From Amphiscolops sp. MND2022 (Eukaryota): 64,000 bases of DNA. Both the position numbers and the translations under genes were made by a program. The stretch's first letter is position 1. Each line of letters opens with the position of its first letter. The stretch spans positions 71,240,001-71,304,000 of the forward strand of contig OZ076409.1 of the NCBI GenBank assembly GCA_964187785.1. Direction: 5' to 3'. Below, one piece after another: positions 36,601 through 50,800 of the stretch. A model generated the notes under the pieces. That model made no database searches and was not told where the DNA came from. It saw nothing but the letters and a program-made list of their open reading frames with translations.

Positions 36601-39600
36601 TAAAATTCATATTGGGCCACATAACTTTTTTTCTGTTGATTTAAAACTTTGGGACCCTGCTAAAAGTTTCTTGACCGTGTTGCAGGGGCCCCGGAGGTCC
36701 AAACCAAATTTTTCTATCTTGAAGCTATCTCCAAGTACCCCCCCGCCCAAAACGTTATTTTTCCGGAAACGCAGGTTTTTGACCCGGAAGGAGTCGTCGG
36801 AGCGCGGGGTCGTTAGGTGATGTATTGGGGACGGCCTTGAGACGAAGTGGGGGACATGCAGTTTGCCGACCCCAGTTTACCCCCCGGACGGGAAATGACC
36901 GTTATATGAGCGGGAAAAAAGCCCCCCTCCACGTTTTACCGCTATTTCCGGTGTGAAGGAGTGGGAGTAGCGCGTCGGGTGCCATATATCAAAAGTAGGT
37001 TTAAACAAGGACCTATCGGAAACATGTGGTTTGGGACCCCCTGGACCAACCCGTTAGCAGGAAATGGGGCTTCCGGCCCGTTTTTTTACGGTTAAAAACG
37101 GAAAATGGGCATTGAGGGGTAAATATCTCGTGAACGCGTGGAGCTACGGTGTCCATCACTACTTCAAGGTTTCATACCCATGATATGGTGCCTTCAGGGG
37201 GGCAAACAGATTTCCGCTATCTATCACCGTTACGGACTTGGCCCCCAGCCTAACCGTTAAGTGACCGGAAATGTCATATTTTGAGCCCAAAGGGTCGGTC
37301 TCAGCCAGGGAACGTTAGGTAACTTATTGTAGTACTCATTGAGACGAGTTGGGGGACATAGTTTCAGTCACCCCCCGTTACCCCTTGGGACCGGAAATGA
37401 CCGTTATGTGAGTAAAATTGCAATTTTTGTACTTTTTGAAGGGTATTTAGGTGTGGAAGGAGTGGTAATAGGTGCTTGGACACTATATGAGGTAAGGGAG
37501 GACGTGAGGCGAGCATTCGGACATAACCGTTATGTTGACCCTAAAGTCCCCCTTGTACCGTAAACGACCGGAAATGGTCAAATTTTGTATTTTTAGGGTA
37601 CAAATGTTTGGTATTTTATGGAATAAAGTACATGGAAGGTGTTTCAAAGGCATCCAGAAATGAACATAGTCATGAAACCTTGAGGGGGGTAACGGTATAT
37701 AACACCGGAAGTCCAAGCCGTTGGACACAGTATAGGTTTTTGGGTTTTAAAATGCTTATGAACGTACATTTGTGGGTTGAATTGTTCTAATATTGACTAT
37801 TTTCGATATTTTTTGACATTAAAGGTTTTTCCAATAGTTTCAGGGACCTCCAAAGCTTCAATCAACATAACCTTTACATTATGGTAGCCTTTCAAGTTGG
37901 CCTGGTGTCAACTTGGAAGGGCTATCCTTCACAAATCGTATATCAAGTGTGTTTTTGAGTAGGTTTTTATCACTTTAGTATCAATTAGAGCTTAATCATT
38001 AGTTTGCCAACGACAAAAACCATGTCGTGATGATTCCGTTAGTAGAAGAATAGTTAACAACTTGTTGACAAAGTTGATTTTTTGCATTTAAAATGTTTCC
38101 TAAATGCCAGGAAAACGATTTACGTTATAAATGGTACTGATTGACCCAAATAACAGTTAAAAAAAAGTTAAACATTATTTTTTCGTTTCATTATAGAAGC
38201 TGAAACCTCACGTTTTAACTTAATTAACGTCAACGCCACATACTTTACATCAACGCCCACCGTCCGTAGGCATGCCGAGGCATGCCTTTCGACGACGTAT
38301 ACCAAAATCCAATATATCTACACCCACCCGCGGTAGCAGCTAGGTGCGGGGGGAAACCCCAACAAAATTTTTGGAGGATTCGGGTAGGGTCCTGAATCCG
38401 AGTTCAGTGCTGCCAGCTTTCGTTAAGAAAATTTGGATAGGATTCGGGATCTCGTGATCTAACCATAGGATTTTAAAGTTGGAGCGGCCCCCACCAGATT
38501 TTCCGAAAATTAGCGCCCCCCACCGGGTTCCATACCCCGGAAAATTTTTTTCTGGCCACACGGGCGACCGTTAGGGGGTCATTTTAGGGGTAAAATTCAT
38601 ATTGGGCCACATAACTTTTTTTCTGTTGATTTAAAACTTTGGGACCCTGCTAAAAGTTTCTTGACCGTGTTGCAAGGGCTCCGGAGGTCCAAACCAAATT
38701 TTTCTATCTTGAAGCTATCTCCAAGTACCCCCCGCCCAAAACGTTATTTTTCCGGAAACGCAGGTTTTTGACCCGGAAGGAGTCGTCGGAGCGCGGGGTC
38801 GTTAGGTGATGTATTGGGGACGGCATTGAGACGAAGTGGGGGACATGCAGTTTGCCAACCCCAGTTTACCCCCCGGACGGGAAATGACCGTTATATGAGC
38901 GGCAAAAATGTCCCCCTCCACGTTTTACCGCTATTTCCGGTGTGAAGGAATGGGAGTAGCGCGTCGGGTGCCATATATCAAAAGTAGGTTTAGACAAGGA
39001 TCTATCGGAAACATGTGGTTTGGGACCCCCTAGACCAACCCGTTAGCAGGAAATGGGGCTTCCGGCCCGTTTTTTTACGGTTAAAAACGGAAAATGGGCA
39101 TTGAGGGGTAAATATCTCGTGAACGCGTGGAGCTACGGTGTCCTTCACTACTTCAAGGTTTCATACCCATGATATGGTGCCTTCAGGGGGGCAAACAGAT
39201 TTCCGCTATCTATCACCGTTACGGACTTGGCCCCCCAGCCTAACCGTTAAGTGACCGGAAATGTCATATTTTGAGCCCAAAGGGTCGGTCCCAGCCAGGG
39301 AACGTTAGGTAACTTATTGTAGTACTCATTGAGACGAGTTGGGGGACATAGTTTCAGTCACCCCCCGTTACCCCTTGGGACCGGAAATGACCGTTATGTG
39401 AGTAAATTTGCCATTTTTGTCCTATTTGAAGGGCATTTAGACGCGGAAGGAGTGGTAACAGGTGCTTGGACACTATATGAGGTAAGGGAGGACGTGAGGC
39501 GAGCATTCGGACATAACCGTTATGTTGACCCTAAAGTCCCCCTGGTACCGTAAACGACCGGAAATGGTCAAATTTTGTATTTTTAGGGTACAAATGTTTG

Positions 39601-40325
39601 GTATTTTATGGAATAAAGTACATGGAAGGTGTTTTAAAGGCATCCAGAAATGAACATAGTCATGAAACCTTGAGGGGGGTAACGGTATATAACACCGGAA
39701 GTCCAAGCCGTTGGACACAGTATAGGTTTTTGGGTTTTAAAATGCTTATGAACGTACATTTGTGGGTTGAATTGTTCTAATATTGACTTTTTTCGATATT
39801 TTTTGACATTAAAGGTTTTTCCAATAGTTTCACGGACCTCCAAAGCTTCAATCAACATAACCTTTACATTATGATAGCCTTTCAAGTTGGCCTGGTGTCA
39901 ACTTGGAAGGGCTATCCTTCACAAATCGTATATCAAGTGTGTTTTTGAGTAGGTTTTTATCACTTTAGTATCAATTAGAGCTTAATCATTAGTTTGCCAA
40001 CGACAAAAACCATGTCGTGATGATTCCGTTAGTAGAAGAATAGTTAACAACTTGTTGACAAAGTTGATTTTTTGCATTTAAAATGTTTCCTAAATGCCAG
40101 GAAAACGATTTACGTTATAAATGGTACTGCTTGACCCAAATAACAGTTAAAAAAAGTTAAAAATTATTTTTTCGTTTCATTATAGAAGCTGAAACCTCAC
40201 GTTTTAACTTAATTAACGTCAACGCCACATACTTTACATCAACGCCCACCGTCTGTGGGCATGCCGAGGCATGCCCTTCGACGACGTATACCAAATACAT
40301 ACCTAACGACGCCCGTACATCCCGG
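21611..40325 (+). repeat. Ten long-class units, including one deleted copy
   Basis: Junction spacing 1969-1994 bp, except 878 bp for 29530-30407. Confidence 0.95.
29530..30407 (+). repeat. Internally deleted long-class unit (878 bp)
   Basis: Left end ...ttggaggattcggg (29576) joins through 'at' to tgaggagagcattcggg, which normally lies ~1.1 kb further in. Confidence 0.93.
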
Positions 40326-41597
40326 GCTAGGTGCCCGGATTTCTATTCATTAAAGTATGTTGCGCGTGTGGGTAGGGCCCCGTGGCGCGCTCTTGTGTCC
40401 CTGTTCTAAAATCTGTAATTTCCGGCAGCATTCTGAGCGATTTTCTAAACTATCCATACGATTCGGCTGAAATTTGGCACACGTACTCCCCTCGGCACGG
40501 TGAAGATGATTTGCTACTGACGTTTTTCCCGCAAAATTTTTTTTGTTGTCCAAAATAACGGTTTTTGGGGTAAAATTTTGAACTTTTTTTAAATTTCATC
40601 TTATATCTCGCCACGGGTTTACGCTAGCGCTTCAAAACCCTGCTAAAGAAAGCTTGCAAACTGTCTCAGGAATGCGGTGTGAAATTTTTAGCTCAATCGG
40701 ACTTAAACTCAGGGAGATATAGCGTTTTTCCGGAGCGGGGGGGTTTCATTTTTCTAACGGTCCAGCTTATCTTTGCCATTTTTTCGAAAATGCACTCGCC
40801 TAAAGGCCTCCCCTGGCCGGTTTTATCCCCAGCAAAACCATTTGGCCCTAAATACGGAGTTTCAGCGTTCCGGCATTCCCGGGCGAAAAGTTGTGGGACT
40901 TGGAAAATTTCAAAAATTTTCAAAAAAATTTTTTACCGTTATTTGGGCCCCCAAAGTGGGGGAAAAGACCCCCCAACCAGGAAAGCAAGTGAATGCATGT
41001 GGAAAGCCCTTGTTTAGACGAGAAAAATGGCGTTTAGAACGTTTTTTTATCTAAACTTGACATTGACTTTTGTCGTTTTGAAGGTGACCGTTAGATACAG
41101 AAAATTGATATTTTGAGTATTTATCCCATCTGAAAGCCATTGAGATACAACATGTTTTGCTCAAAACGTGTTTCATTGCAGTTTGGCTGTCCATTAACAC
41201 CCTTTGGTGTCTTTTGACGTAATTTTCTTTTCTATAATAACAATTTTTTTGTGTATTTATTCATTTTTTTCTCATCAAATAACTTGAAACAGTTGAGTAC
41301 ATTCCATCTCCCTTCCCGGGGGAGATGAGAATGTACTCGCTAAAGGTCAGGAAATACGATCTAAATCTTCCACAACACAAAAGGGATTGCAAATTGTTTC
41401 AGTTTGTCGCAGAAAACTTCTTTTTGCACTCTGTGACTCGACAAAGTGAACGTTTCTTACTTACTTTGAATCTCACCTTACCACAACTCATCTCTAACGT
41501 CAGCGCCCCCCTACTTGCATCAACGCCCCCCGTCCGTGGGCATGCCGAGGCATGCCCTTCGACGACGTATAGCAAAATATATTCGAACGCGGTAGCC
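40326..41597 (+). mobile_element. Isolated short-class unit, S3-related (1272 bp)
   Basis: Similar to the units at 16494-21610, with a distinct first ~110 bp. Flanked by long units at exact junctions. Confidence 0.6.
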
Positions 41598-43568
41598 GCT
41601 AGGTGCGGGGGGGTAACCCCAACAAATATATTGGAGGATTCGGGTAGGGTCCTGAATCCGATTTTAACTCTAATAGCTATCGATAGGAAATCGTGCAAAA
41701 ATTTCGGGATCTCGTGATCTAACCATAGGATTTTAAAGTTGGAGCGGCCCCCACCAGATTTTCCAAAGTTATTCGCCCCCCACCGGGTTCCAGCGTGATT
41801 GAAATATTTTGACGGGGTACACGGGCGACCGTTAGGGGTCATTTTGGGGGTAAAATTTATATCCGGTCGCATAACTTTTTTCCTGTTGGATTAAAACTTT
41901 GGGACCCTGCTAAAAGTTTCTTGACCGTGTTGCGGGGGCTCCGGAGGTCCAAACCAAATTTTTCTATCTTGAAGCTATCTCCAAGTACCCCCCCGCCCAA
42001 ACCGTTATTTTTCCGGAAACGCAGGTTTTTGACCCGGAAGGAGTCGTCTGAGCGCGGGGTCGTTAGGTGATGTATTGGGGACGGCCTTGAGACGAAGCGG
42101 GGGATATATAGTTTGCCGACCCCAGTTCACCTCCCGGACGGGAAATGACCGTTATATGAGCGGGAAAAATGCCCCCCTCCACGTTTTACCGCTATTTCCG
42201 GTGTGAAGGAGTGGGAGTAGCGCTTCGGGAGCCATATATCAAAAATAAGTTTAGACAAGGACCTATCGGAAACATGTAGTTTGGGACCCCCTGGACCAAC
42301 CCGTTAGCGGGAAATGGGGCTTCCGCCTCCTTTTTTTACTGCTAAAACCGTAAAATGGGCATTGAGGGGTAAATATCTCGTGAACGCGTGGAGCAATCGT
42401 GTCCATCACTACTACAAGGTTTCATACCCATGATATGGTGCCTTCAGGGGGGCAAACAGATTTCCGCTATCTATCACCGTTACCGACTTGGCCCCCCAGC
42501 CTAACCGCTATGTGACCGGAAATGTCACTTTTTGGGCCCAAAGGGTCGGTCCCAGCCGGGGAACGGTAGGTAACTTATTGTAGTACTCAATGAGACGAGA
42601 TGGGGGACATAGTTTCAGTCACCCCCCGTTACCCCTTGGGACCGGAAATGACCGTTATGAGGGTAAATTTGCATTTTTTATACTCTTTGAAGTGCATTTT
42701 TGTGCGGGAGGAGTGGTAATAGGTGCTTGGACACTATATGAGGTAAGGGAGGACGTGAGGCGAACATTCGGAAATAACCGTTATGTTGACCCTAAAGTAC
42801 CCCTGGTACCGTAAACGACCGGAAATGGTCAAATTTTGCGTCTATTGGGTACAAATGTTTGGTATTTTGTAGATAAAAGTATTATTAGGTGTTTCGACGG
42901 TCTGCAGTAGTGAACGTAGTCATGAAACCTTGTGGGGGGTAACGGTATATAGCACCGGAAGTCCAAACCGTTGGACACAGGATATGTTTTTGGTTTGAAA
43001 AGGTCTTTCGGTGTACTTTTGTCGACTATTATGGACTATGTTTAAAAATTACAGTTTTTCCATATAGTTTCAGAGACTCCGAAACCTCAATCAACATAAC
43101 CGTTACCTTTCGATAGCCTTTCAAGTTGGCCTGGTGTCAACTTGGAAGCGCTATCCTTCTAAAATCGTTATTCAAGAGTGTTTTTGGGTAGGTATATTTT
43201 GCATTAGTACCAATTAGAGCTTCATCAACAGTGTATCAACGACAAAAACTAAGCCGTCATGATTCCGTTATTAGAATAATAGTGAGCTAATTGTTGACAA
43301 AAATAATTTTTTCCATACAAAATGTGTCCTAAATGCCAGGAAACCTATTTACCTAACAAATGGTATTGATTGGAATGTATGTAACAGATTTATAAAAATT
43401 CAAATTGAATATTACGTTTCATTATGGAAGCTGAAACGTCATATTTCAGTTTAATTAACGTCCACGCCACATACTTTACATCAACGCCCACCGTCTGTGG
43501 GCATGCCGAGGCATGCCCTTCGACGACGTATACCAAATACATACCCAAACGACGCCCGTACATCCCGG
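41598..43568 (+). repeat. Single long-class unit (1971 bp) between two short units
   Basis: Typical long-class body between junctions 41598 and 43569. Confidence 0.95.
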
Positions 43569-44847
43569 GCTAGGTGCCGGGATTTCTATTCGATAAAGTA
43601 AGTTGCGCGGTTGGGTAGGGCCCCGTGAGCGCGCCCGTGTCTGTGTTTTTTGAACCTGAATTTGCGGGTGCCAAAATAGACGATTTCCTAAACTATCCAT
43701 ACGATTTTGCTCAAATTTGGCATACGGGTTCCTGAGACAGATATAAGAACTAATTCCTACTGGCGTTTTGCCCGGAAAATTTTTTTTGTTGCGCAAACTT
43801 GAAATTTTTGACAAAAAAATGCGATTTTTTTTGAAAATTTTTTTTTGAGAGGCCATATCTTTTTTCAGGGAGCCCGGAGCGGGACGCGTTAAACTGATTA
43901 TAAACTCTACGGTTCACGGGCTGTACGGGGAACCTATTTTTGTTGGAATCCGACTTGTAGATTTTGAGATATATTATCAAATTTGGGTGTTTTTTTCCAA
44001 TTTTTCGAAAAACCTGGTTTATCTCTGCCGTTTTTTGCCCAGATTTTTTTCTAGACCCTCTCCTAAAGGCCTCCCCTGGCCGGATTACGTCCCAGCAAAA
44101 CCATTTGGCCCTAAATACGAAGTTTCAGCGTTCTAGCATTCTCGGGCGAAAAGTTGTGGGACTTAGAAAAATTTTTTTAAAAACGCAAAATGTGTAAAGT
44201 CAACTTCAGGCCTCCCAAAGTCAAGGAACTTCCACACAACTAGGATTACAAGTGGATGCATGTGGAAAGTGCTTGAATAGACGAGGAAAATGAGCTATTA
44301 CAAAACTCTGTAGCTTAACCTGACGTTGACTTATGACAATTTTAGTGTGAGCTTGCTATGTGAGAAAAAATTTCAAAAATTGAAAATCGAAGCTAAGTCT
44401 CATCCAAAACTCATCGGAATACGTTCAATCCATTCCAAAGCGAGTTACTTCCAGCTATAGACTGCAGCAACACTATTCAAGACCATTGTACCCCTTTATA
44501 TTAGTTTTGACATTGTATTATTCATCCGAGAGCACAAAGCAGTTGAGTACATTCCATCTCCCTTTCGGGGGAGATGAGAATGTACTCGCTAAAGAACAGG
44601 TACTACAGCCAATTTTTGTATTTATGCGAAGCCATTCTATGCTATTGCACATAACAACTATGCTATTGACTTAATTTTGCCTACACTTTGCTATGACATA
44701 TGCTAAACGTTTGGTCCTTACAACAACATACACATGACTAACGTCAACACCACATACTGTTACCAACGCCCACCGTCCGTGGGCATGCCGAGGCATGCCC
44801 TTCGACGACGTATGCCAAATACCTTCCAGCGACGCCCGCGCTCCCCG
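43569..44847 (+). mobile_element. Short-class unit, subfamily S4 (1279 bp), most divergent
   Basis: Retains the left-end hairpin, central block (~44060-44170), GAGTACATT hairpin (44545) and core. Intervening sequence is strongly diverged. Confidence 0.6.
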
Positions 44848-47800
44848 GCTAGGTGCGGGGGGGTAACCCCAACAAAGATATTGGAGGATTCGGGTAGGGT
44901 CCTGAATCCGATCTTAGTACCGTCAGCTATCAGTAGAAAATTTCCCTCAAAAACCGGGATCTCGGGAACTAACCGTAGGATTTGAAAGTTGGAGCGGCCC
45001 CCACCAGATTTTCCCGAATAAATCGCCCCCCACCGGGCTCCATACCCCGGAAAATTTTTTTTTGGCCACACGGGCGACTGTTAGGGGGTCATTTTAGGGG
45101 TAAATTTCATATTGGTCCATATAACTTTTTTTCTGTTGGTTTAAAAGTTTGGGAACCCTACTAAAGGTTTTTCGACCATGTTGCAAGGGCTCCGGAGGTG
45201 CAAACCAAATTTTTCTATCTTGAAGCTATCTCCAAGTACCCCCCCGCTCAAACCGTTATTTTTCCGGAAACGCAGGTTTTTGACCCGGAAGGAGTCGTCT
45301 GAGCGCGGGGTCGTTAGGTGATGTTTTGGGGACGGCCTTGAGACAAAGTGGGGGACATGTAGTTTGCCGACCCCAGTTTACCCCCCGGACGGGAAATGAC
45401 CGTTATATCAGCGGGAAAAATGCCCCCTCCACGTTTTACCGCTATTTCCGGTGTGAAGGAGTGGGAGTAGCTCGTCGGGTGCCATATATCAAAAGTAGGT
45501 TCAGACAAGGACCTATCGGAAACATGTGGTTTGGGACCCCCTGACCCAACCCGTTAGCGGGAAATGGGGCTTCCGCCTCCTTTTTTTACGGTTAAAAACG
45601 GAAAATGGGCATTGAGGGATAAATATCTCGTGAACGCGTGGAGCTACGGTGTCCTTCACTACTACAAGGTTTCATACCCATGATATGGTGCCTTCAGGGG
45701 GGCAAACAGATTTCCGCTATCTATCACCGTTACGGACTTGGCCCCCCAGCCTAACCGCTATGTGACCGGAAATGTCACTTTTTGAGCCCAAAGGGTCGGT
45801 CCCAGCCAGGGAACGTTAGATAACTTATTGTAGTACTCATTGAGACGAGTTGGGGGACATAGTTTCAGTCACCCCCGTTACCCCTTGGGACCGGAAATGA
45901 CCGTTATGTGGGTAAAATTGGGATTTTTGTACTTTTTGAAGGGCAATTAGGTGCGGAAGGAGTGGTAATAGTTGCTTGGACACTATATGATGGAAGGGAG
46001 GACGTGAGGCGAACATTCGGACATAACCGTTATGTTGACCCTAAAGTCCCCCTGGTACCGTAAACGACCGGAAATGGTCAAATTTTGTGTCTATTGGGTA
46101 CAAATGTTTGGTATTTTGTAAATAAAAGTATCTATTAGGTGTTTCGACGGTCTGCAGTAGTGAACATAGTCATGAAACCTTGTCGGGGGGTAACGGTATA
46201 TAGCACCGGAAGTCCAAACCGTTAGAGTCGGGATAGGTTTTTTCGTTTTAAAATGTCTTTCGGCGTACTTTTGTCAACTAATATGGAATATTTTTTAAAA
46301 TAAAGTTTTTCCATATAGTTTCAGAGACTCCCAAACCTCAAACAACATAACCGTTACCTTATGATAGCCTTTCAAGTTGGCCTGGTGTCAACTTGGAAGG
46401 GCTATCGTTCAAAAATCGTTGATCAAGTGTGTTTTTGGGTATGTTTGAATCATTTTAGAATCAATTAGAGCTTCAAGAAAAATTTGCCAACGACAAAAAC
46501 TATGTCGTGATGATTCCGTTATTAGAGTAATAGTTAACAAAATGTTGATAAAGTTGATTTTGTACATTTCAAATGTGTCCTTTATGCCAGAAAACGTTTT
46601 TACCAAACTAATGATATTGATTGAATTGTATATAACAGGTAATAAAAGTTCAAATTGAATATTACGTTTCATTTTGTAAGCTGAAACGTGATATTATAGT
46701 TTAATTAACGTCAACGCCACATACTTTACATCAACGCCCACCGTCTGTGGGCATGCCGAGGCATGCCCTTCGACGACGTATACCAAACACCCTCCATATC
46801 TACACCCTAACCGCGGTAGCAGCTAGGTGCGGGGGGGAAACCCCAACTTTTTTCTTGGAGGAATCGGGTAGGGTCCTGATTCCGAGCTTAGTGCCGCCAG
46901 CTATCGTTAAAAACCCATACCTTTTAAACCCGATCTCGGGAACTAACCACGCCCCTTCTTTAATTTTTTGGCCCCCACTCACTTTTTGAGAGTAGATCGC
47001 CCCCCACTGGGTTCCAAGTTGGGCAAAAATGGAGGTCATGGGTAACGGGGACCGTTAAGGGGTAACTCAGGGGGTAAAATTTATTTTTTGCGTCATATCT
47101 TTTCCCCCCGTGGATTTAGCGCTTCCGGTCAGCAGACAAAACCTCATGTACGTGATAAGGGGCCTCCGTAGGTCCAAACAAAATTTTTCTATCATGCACC
47201 GTTACGGACTTGCCCCCCCGGCCCAACCGTTATTTTGCCGGAAATTGCCTTTTTTGACAGGGAAGGAGTCGTCTGAGCACGGAGTCGTTTGGTAATGTTT
47301 TGTAGTGCATCTGGAGACGTGTTGGGGGACATGTAGTTTGCCGACCCCAGTTTACCCCTCGGACGGGAAATGACCGTTATGTGAGTTTTAAAAATGCCCC
47401 CCTTCAATTTTCCCCGCAATTTCCGGTGTGAAGGAGTGGGAGTAGGGTGTCGGGTGCCATATATCAAAAGTAGGTTTAGACAAGGACCAACCGGAAACAT
47501 GTGGTTTCGGACCCCCTGACCCAACCCGTTAGCCGCTATTAGGGTGATCGCCTCCTTTTTTTGCTGTTAAAACCGGAAAACGGGCATTGAGGGGTAAATA
47601 TCTCGTGAACGCGTGGAGCAATCGTGTCCATCACTACTACAAGGTTTCATACCCATGATATGGTGCCTTCAGGGGGGCAAACAGATTACCGCTATCTATC
47701 ACCGTTACCGACTTGGCCCCCCAGCCTAACCGCTATGTGACCGGAAATTGCACTTTTTGAGCCCAAAGGGTCGATCCTAGCCGGGCAACGATAGGTAACA

Positions 47801-50800
47801 TATTGTAGTACTCATTGAGACGAGTTGGGGGATCTAGTTTCAGTCACCCCCGTTACCCCTTGAGACCGGAAATGACCGTTATGTGAGTAGAATTGCAATT
47901 TTTATACCTTTTGAAGGGCATTTAGAAGCGGAAGGAATGGTAATAGGTGCTTGGACACTATATGATGTAATGGAGGTCGTGAGGAGAGCATTCGGAAGTA
48001 ACCGTTACGTTGACCCCAAAGTCCCCCTGGTACCGTTAACAACCGGAAATGGCCAGATTTTGTGTTTGTAGGGTACAAATGTTTGGTATTTTATGGATAA
48101 AAGTACCTGGAAGGTGTTTTAAAGGCCTCCAGAAGTGAACATAGTCAAGAAACTTTGTGGGGGGTAACGGTATATAGCACCGGAAGTCCAAACCGTTAGT
48201 TACAGAATAGGTTTTTTGGTTTCAAAATGTCTTTAGGCGTAGTTTTGTGGGTGGAATCGTCATAATATCAACTAATACGGACTTTTTTCGGAAATAAAAT
48301 TTTTTCACATTAGTTTCAGGGACCTCCAATGTTTCAGTCAACATAACCGTTACATTTTGATAGCCTTTCAAGTTGGCCTGGTGTCAACTTGGAAGGGCTA
48401 TCCTTCTAAAATCGTTAATCAAGAGTGTTTTTGGGTAGGTATATGTTGCATTAGTACCAATTAGAGCTTCATCAACAGTTTGCCAACGGCAAAAACGATG
48501 TCGTGATAATTCCGTTATAAGAATATTAATTAACAAATTGTTTACAAAGTTGATTTTTTTCATTTAAAATGTGTCCTAATGCCACCAAATTGAATAAAAT
48601 AATAAATGGTATTGACTAAAACTAAATAACATTGAAAAAGAACATCAACATTTTTATTAGGTCTCATTATGGAAGCTGAAACCTCACGTTTTAACTTGAT
48701 TAACGTCAACGCCACATACTTTACATCAACGCCCACCGTCTGTGGGCATGCCGAGGCATGCCCTTCGACGACGTATACCAAACAACCTCCATATCTACAC
48801 CCGATTGCGGTAGCAGCTAGGTGCGGGGGGGTAACCCCAACTTTTTTCTTGGAGGAATCGGGTAGGGTCCTGATTCCGAGTTCAGTGCCGCCAGCTATCG
48901 TTAAAAACCTATACCTTTTAAACCCGATTTCGAGAACTAACCACGCCCCTTCTTTAATTTTTTGGCCCCCACTCACTTTTTGATAGTAGATCGCCCCCCA
49001 CTGGGTTCCAAGTTGGGCAAAAATGGAGGTCATGGGTAACGGGGACCGTTAAGGGGTAACTCAGGGGGTAAAATTTATTTTTTGCGTCATATCTTTTCCC
49101 CCCGTGGATTTAGCGCTTCCGGTCAGCAGACAAAACCTCATGTACGTGATACGGGGCCTCCGTAGGTCCAAACAAAATTTTTCTATCATGCACCGTTACG
49201 GACTTGCCCCCCCGGCCCAACCGTTATTTTGCCGGAAATTGCACTTTTTGACCGGGAAGGAGTCGTCTGAGCACGGAGTCGTTTGGTAATGTTTTGTAGT
49301 GCATCTGGAGACGTGTTGGGGGACATGTAGTTTGCCGGCCCCAGTTTACCCCCCGGACGGGAAATGACCGTTATGTCAGTTTTAAAATTACCCCCTTCAA
49401 TTTTCCCCGTTATTTCCGGTGTGAAGGAGTGGGAGTAGCGCGTCGGGTGCCATATATCAAAAGTAGGTTTAGACAAGGACCAACTGGAAACATGTGGTTT
49501 GGGACCCCCTGACCCAACCCGTTAGCCGTTATAAGGGTGATCGCCTCCTTTTTTTACACTCAAAACCGGAAAACGGGTATTGAGGGGTAAATATCTCGTG
49601 AACGCGTGGAGCAATCGTGTCCATCACTACTACAAGGTTTCATACCCATGATATGGTGCCTTCAGGGGGGCAAACAGATTACCGCTATCTATCACCGTTA
49701 CGGACTTGGCCCCCCAGCCTAACCGCTATGTGACCGGAAATTGCACTTTTTGAGCCCAAAGGGTCGATCCTAGCCGGGCAACGTTAGGTAACTTATTGTA
49801 GTACTCATTGAGACGAGTTGGGGGATCTAGTTTCAGTCACCCCCCGTTACCCCTTAGGACCGGAAATGACCGTTATGTGAGTAGAATTGCAATTTTTATA
49901 CCTTTTGAAGGGCATTTAGGTGCGGAAGGAATGGTAATAGGTGCTTGGACACTATATGATGTAATGGAGGTCGTGAGGAGAGCATTCAGAAGTAACCGTT
50001 ACGTTGACCCCAAAGTCCCCCTGGTACCGTTAACAACCGGAAATGGCCAAATTTTGTGTTTATAGGGTACAAATGTTTGGTATGTTATGGATACAAGTAC
50101 CAGGAAGGTGTTTTAAAGGCCTCCAGAAGTGAACATTGTCATGAAACTTTGTGGGGGGTAACGGTATATAGCTCCGGAAGTCCAAACCGTTAGTTACAGA
50201 ATAGGTTTTTTGGTTTCAAAATGTCTTTAGGCGTAGTTTTGTGGGTTGAATCGTCATAATATCAACTAATACGGACTTTTTTCGGAAATAAAATTTTTTC
50301 ACATTAGTTTCAGGGACCTCCAATGTTTCAGTCAACATAACCGTTACATTTTGATAGCCTTTCAAGTTGGCCTGGTGTCAACTTGGAAGGGCTATCCTTC
50401 TAAAATCGTTAATCAAGAGTGTTTTTGGGTAGGTATATGTTGCTTTAGTACCAATTAGAGCTTCATCAACAGGTTGCCAACGGCAAAAACGATGTCGTGA
50501 TAATTCCGTTATAAGAATATTAATTAACAAATTGTTTCCAAAGTTGATTTTTTCCATTCGAAGTGTGTCCTAATGCCACCAAATTGAATAAAATAATAAA
50601 TGGTATTGACTAAAACTAAATAACATTGAAAAAGAAGCTCAACATTTTTAATAGGTCTCATTATGGAAGCTGAAACCTCACGTTTTAACTTAATTAACGT
50701 CAACGCCACATACTTTACATCAACGCCCACCGTCTGTGGGCATGCCGAGGCATGCCCTTCGACGACGTATACCAATTACATATATATCTACACCCACCCG

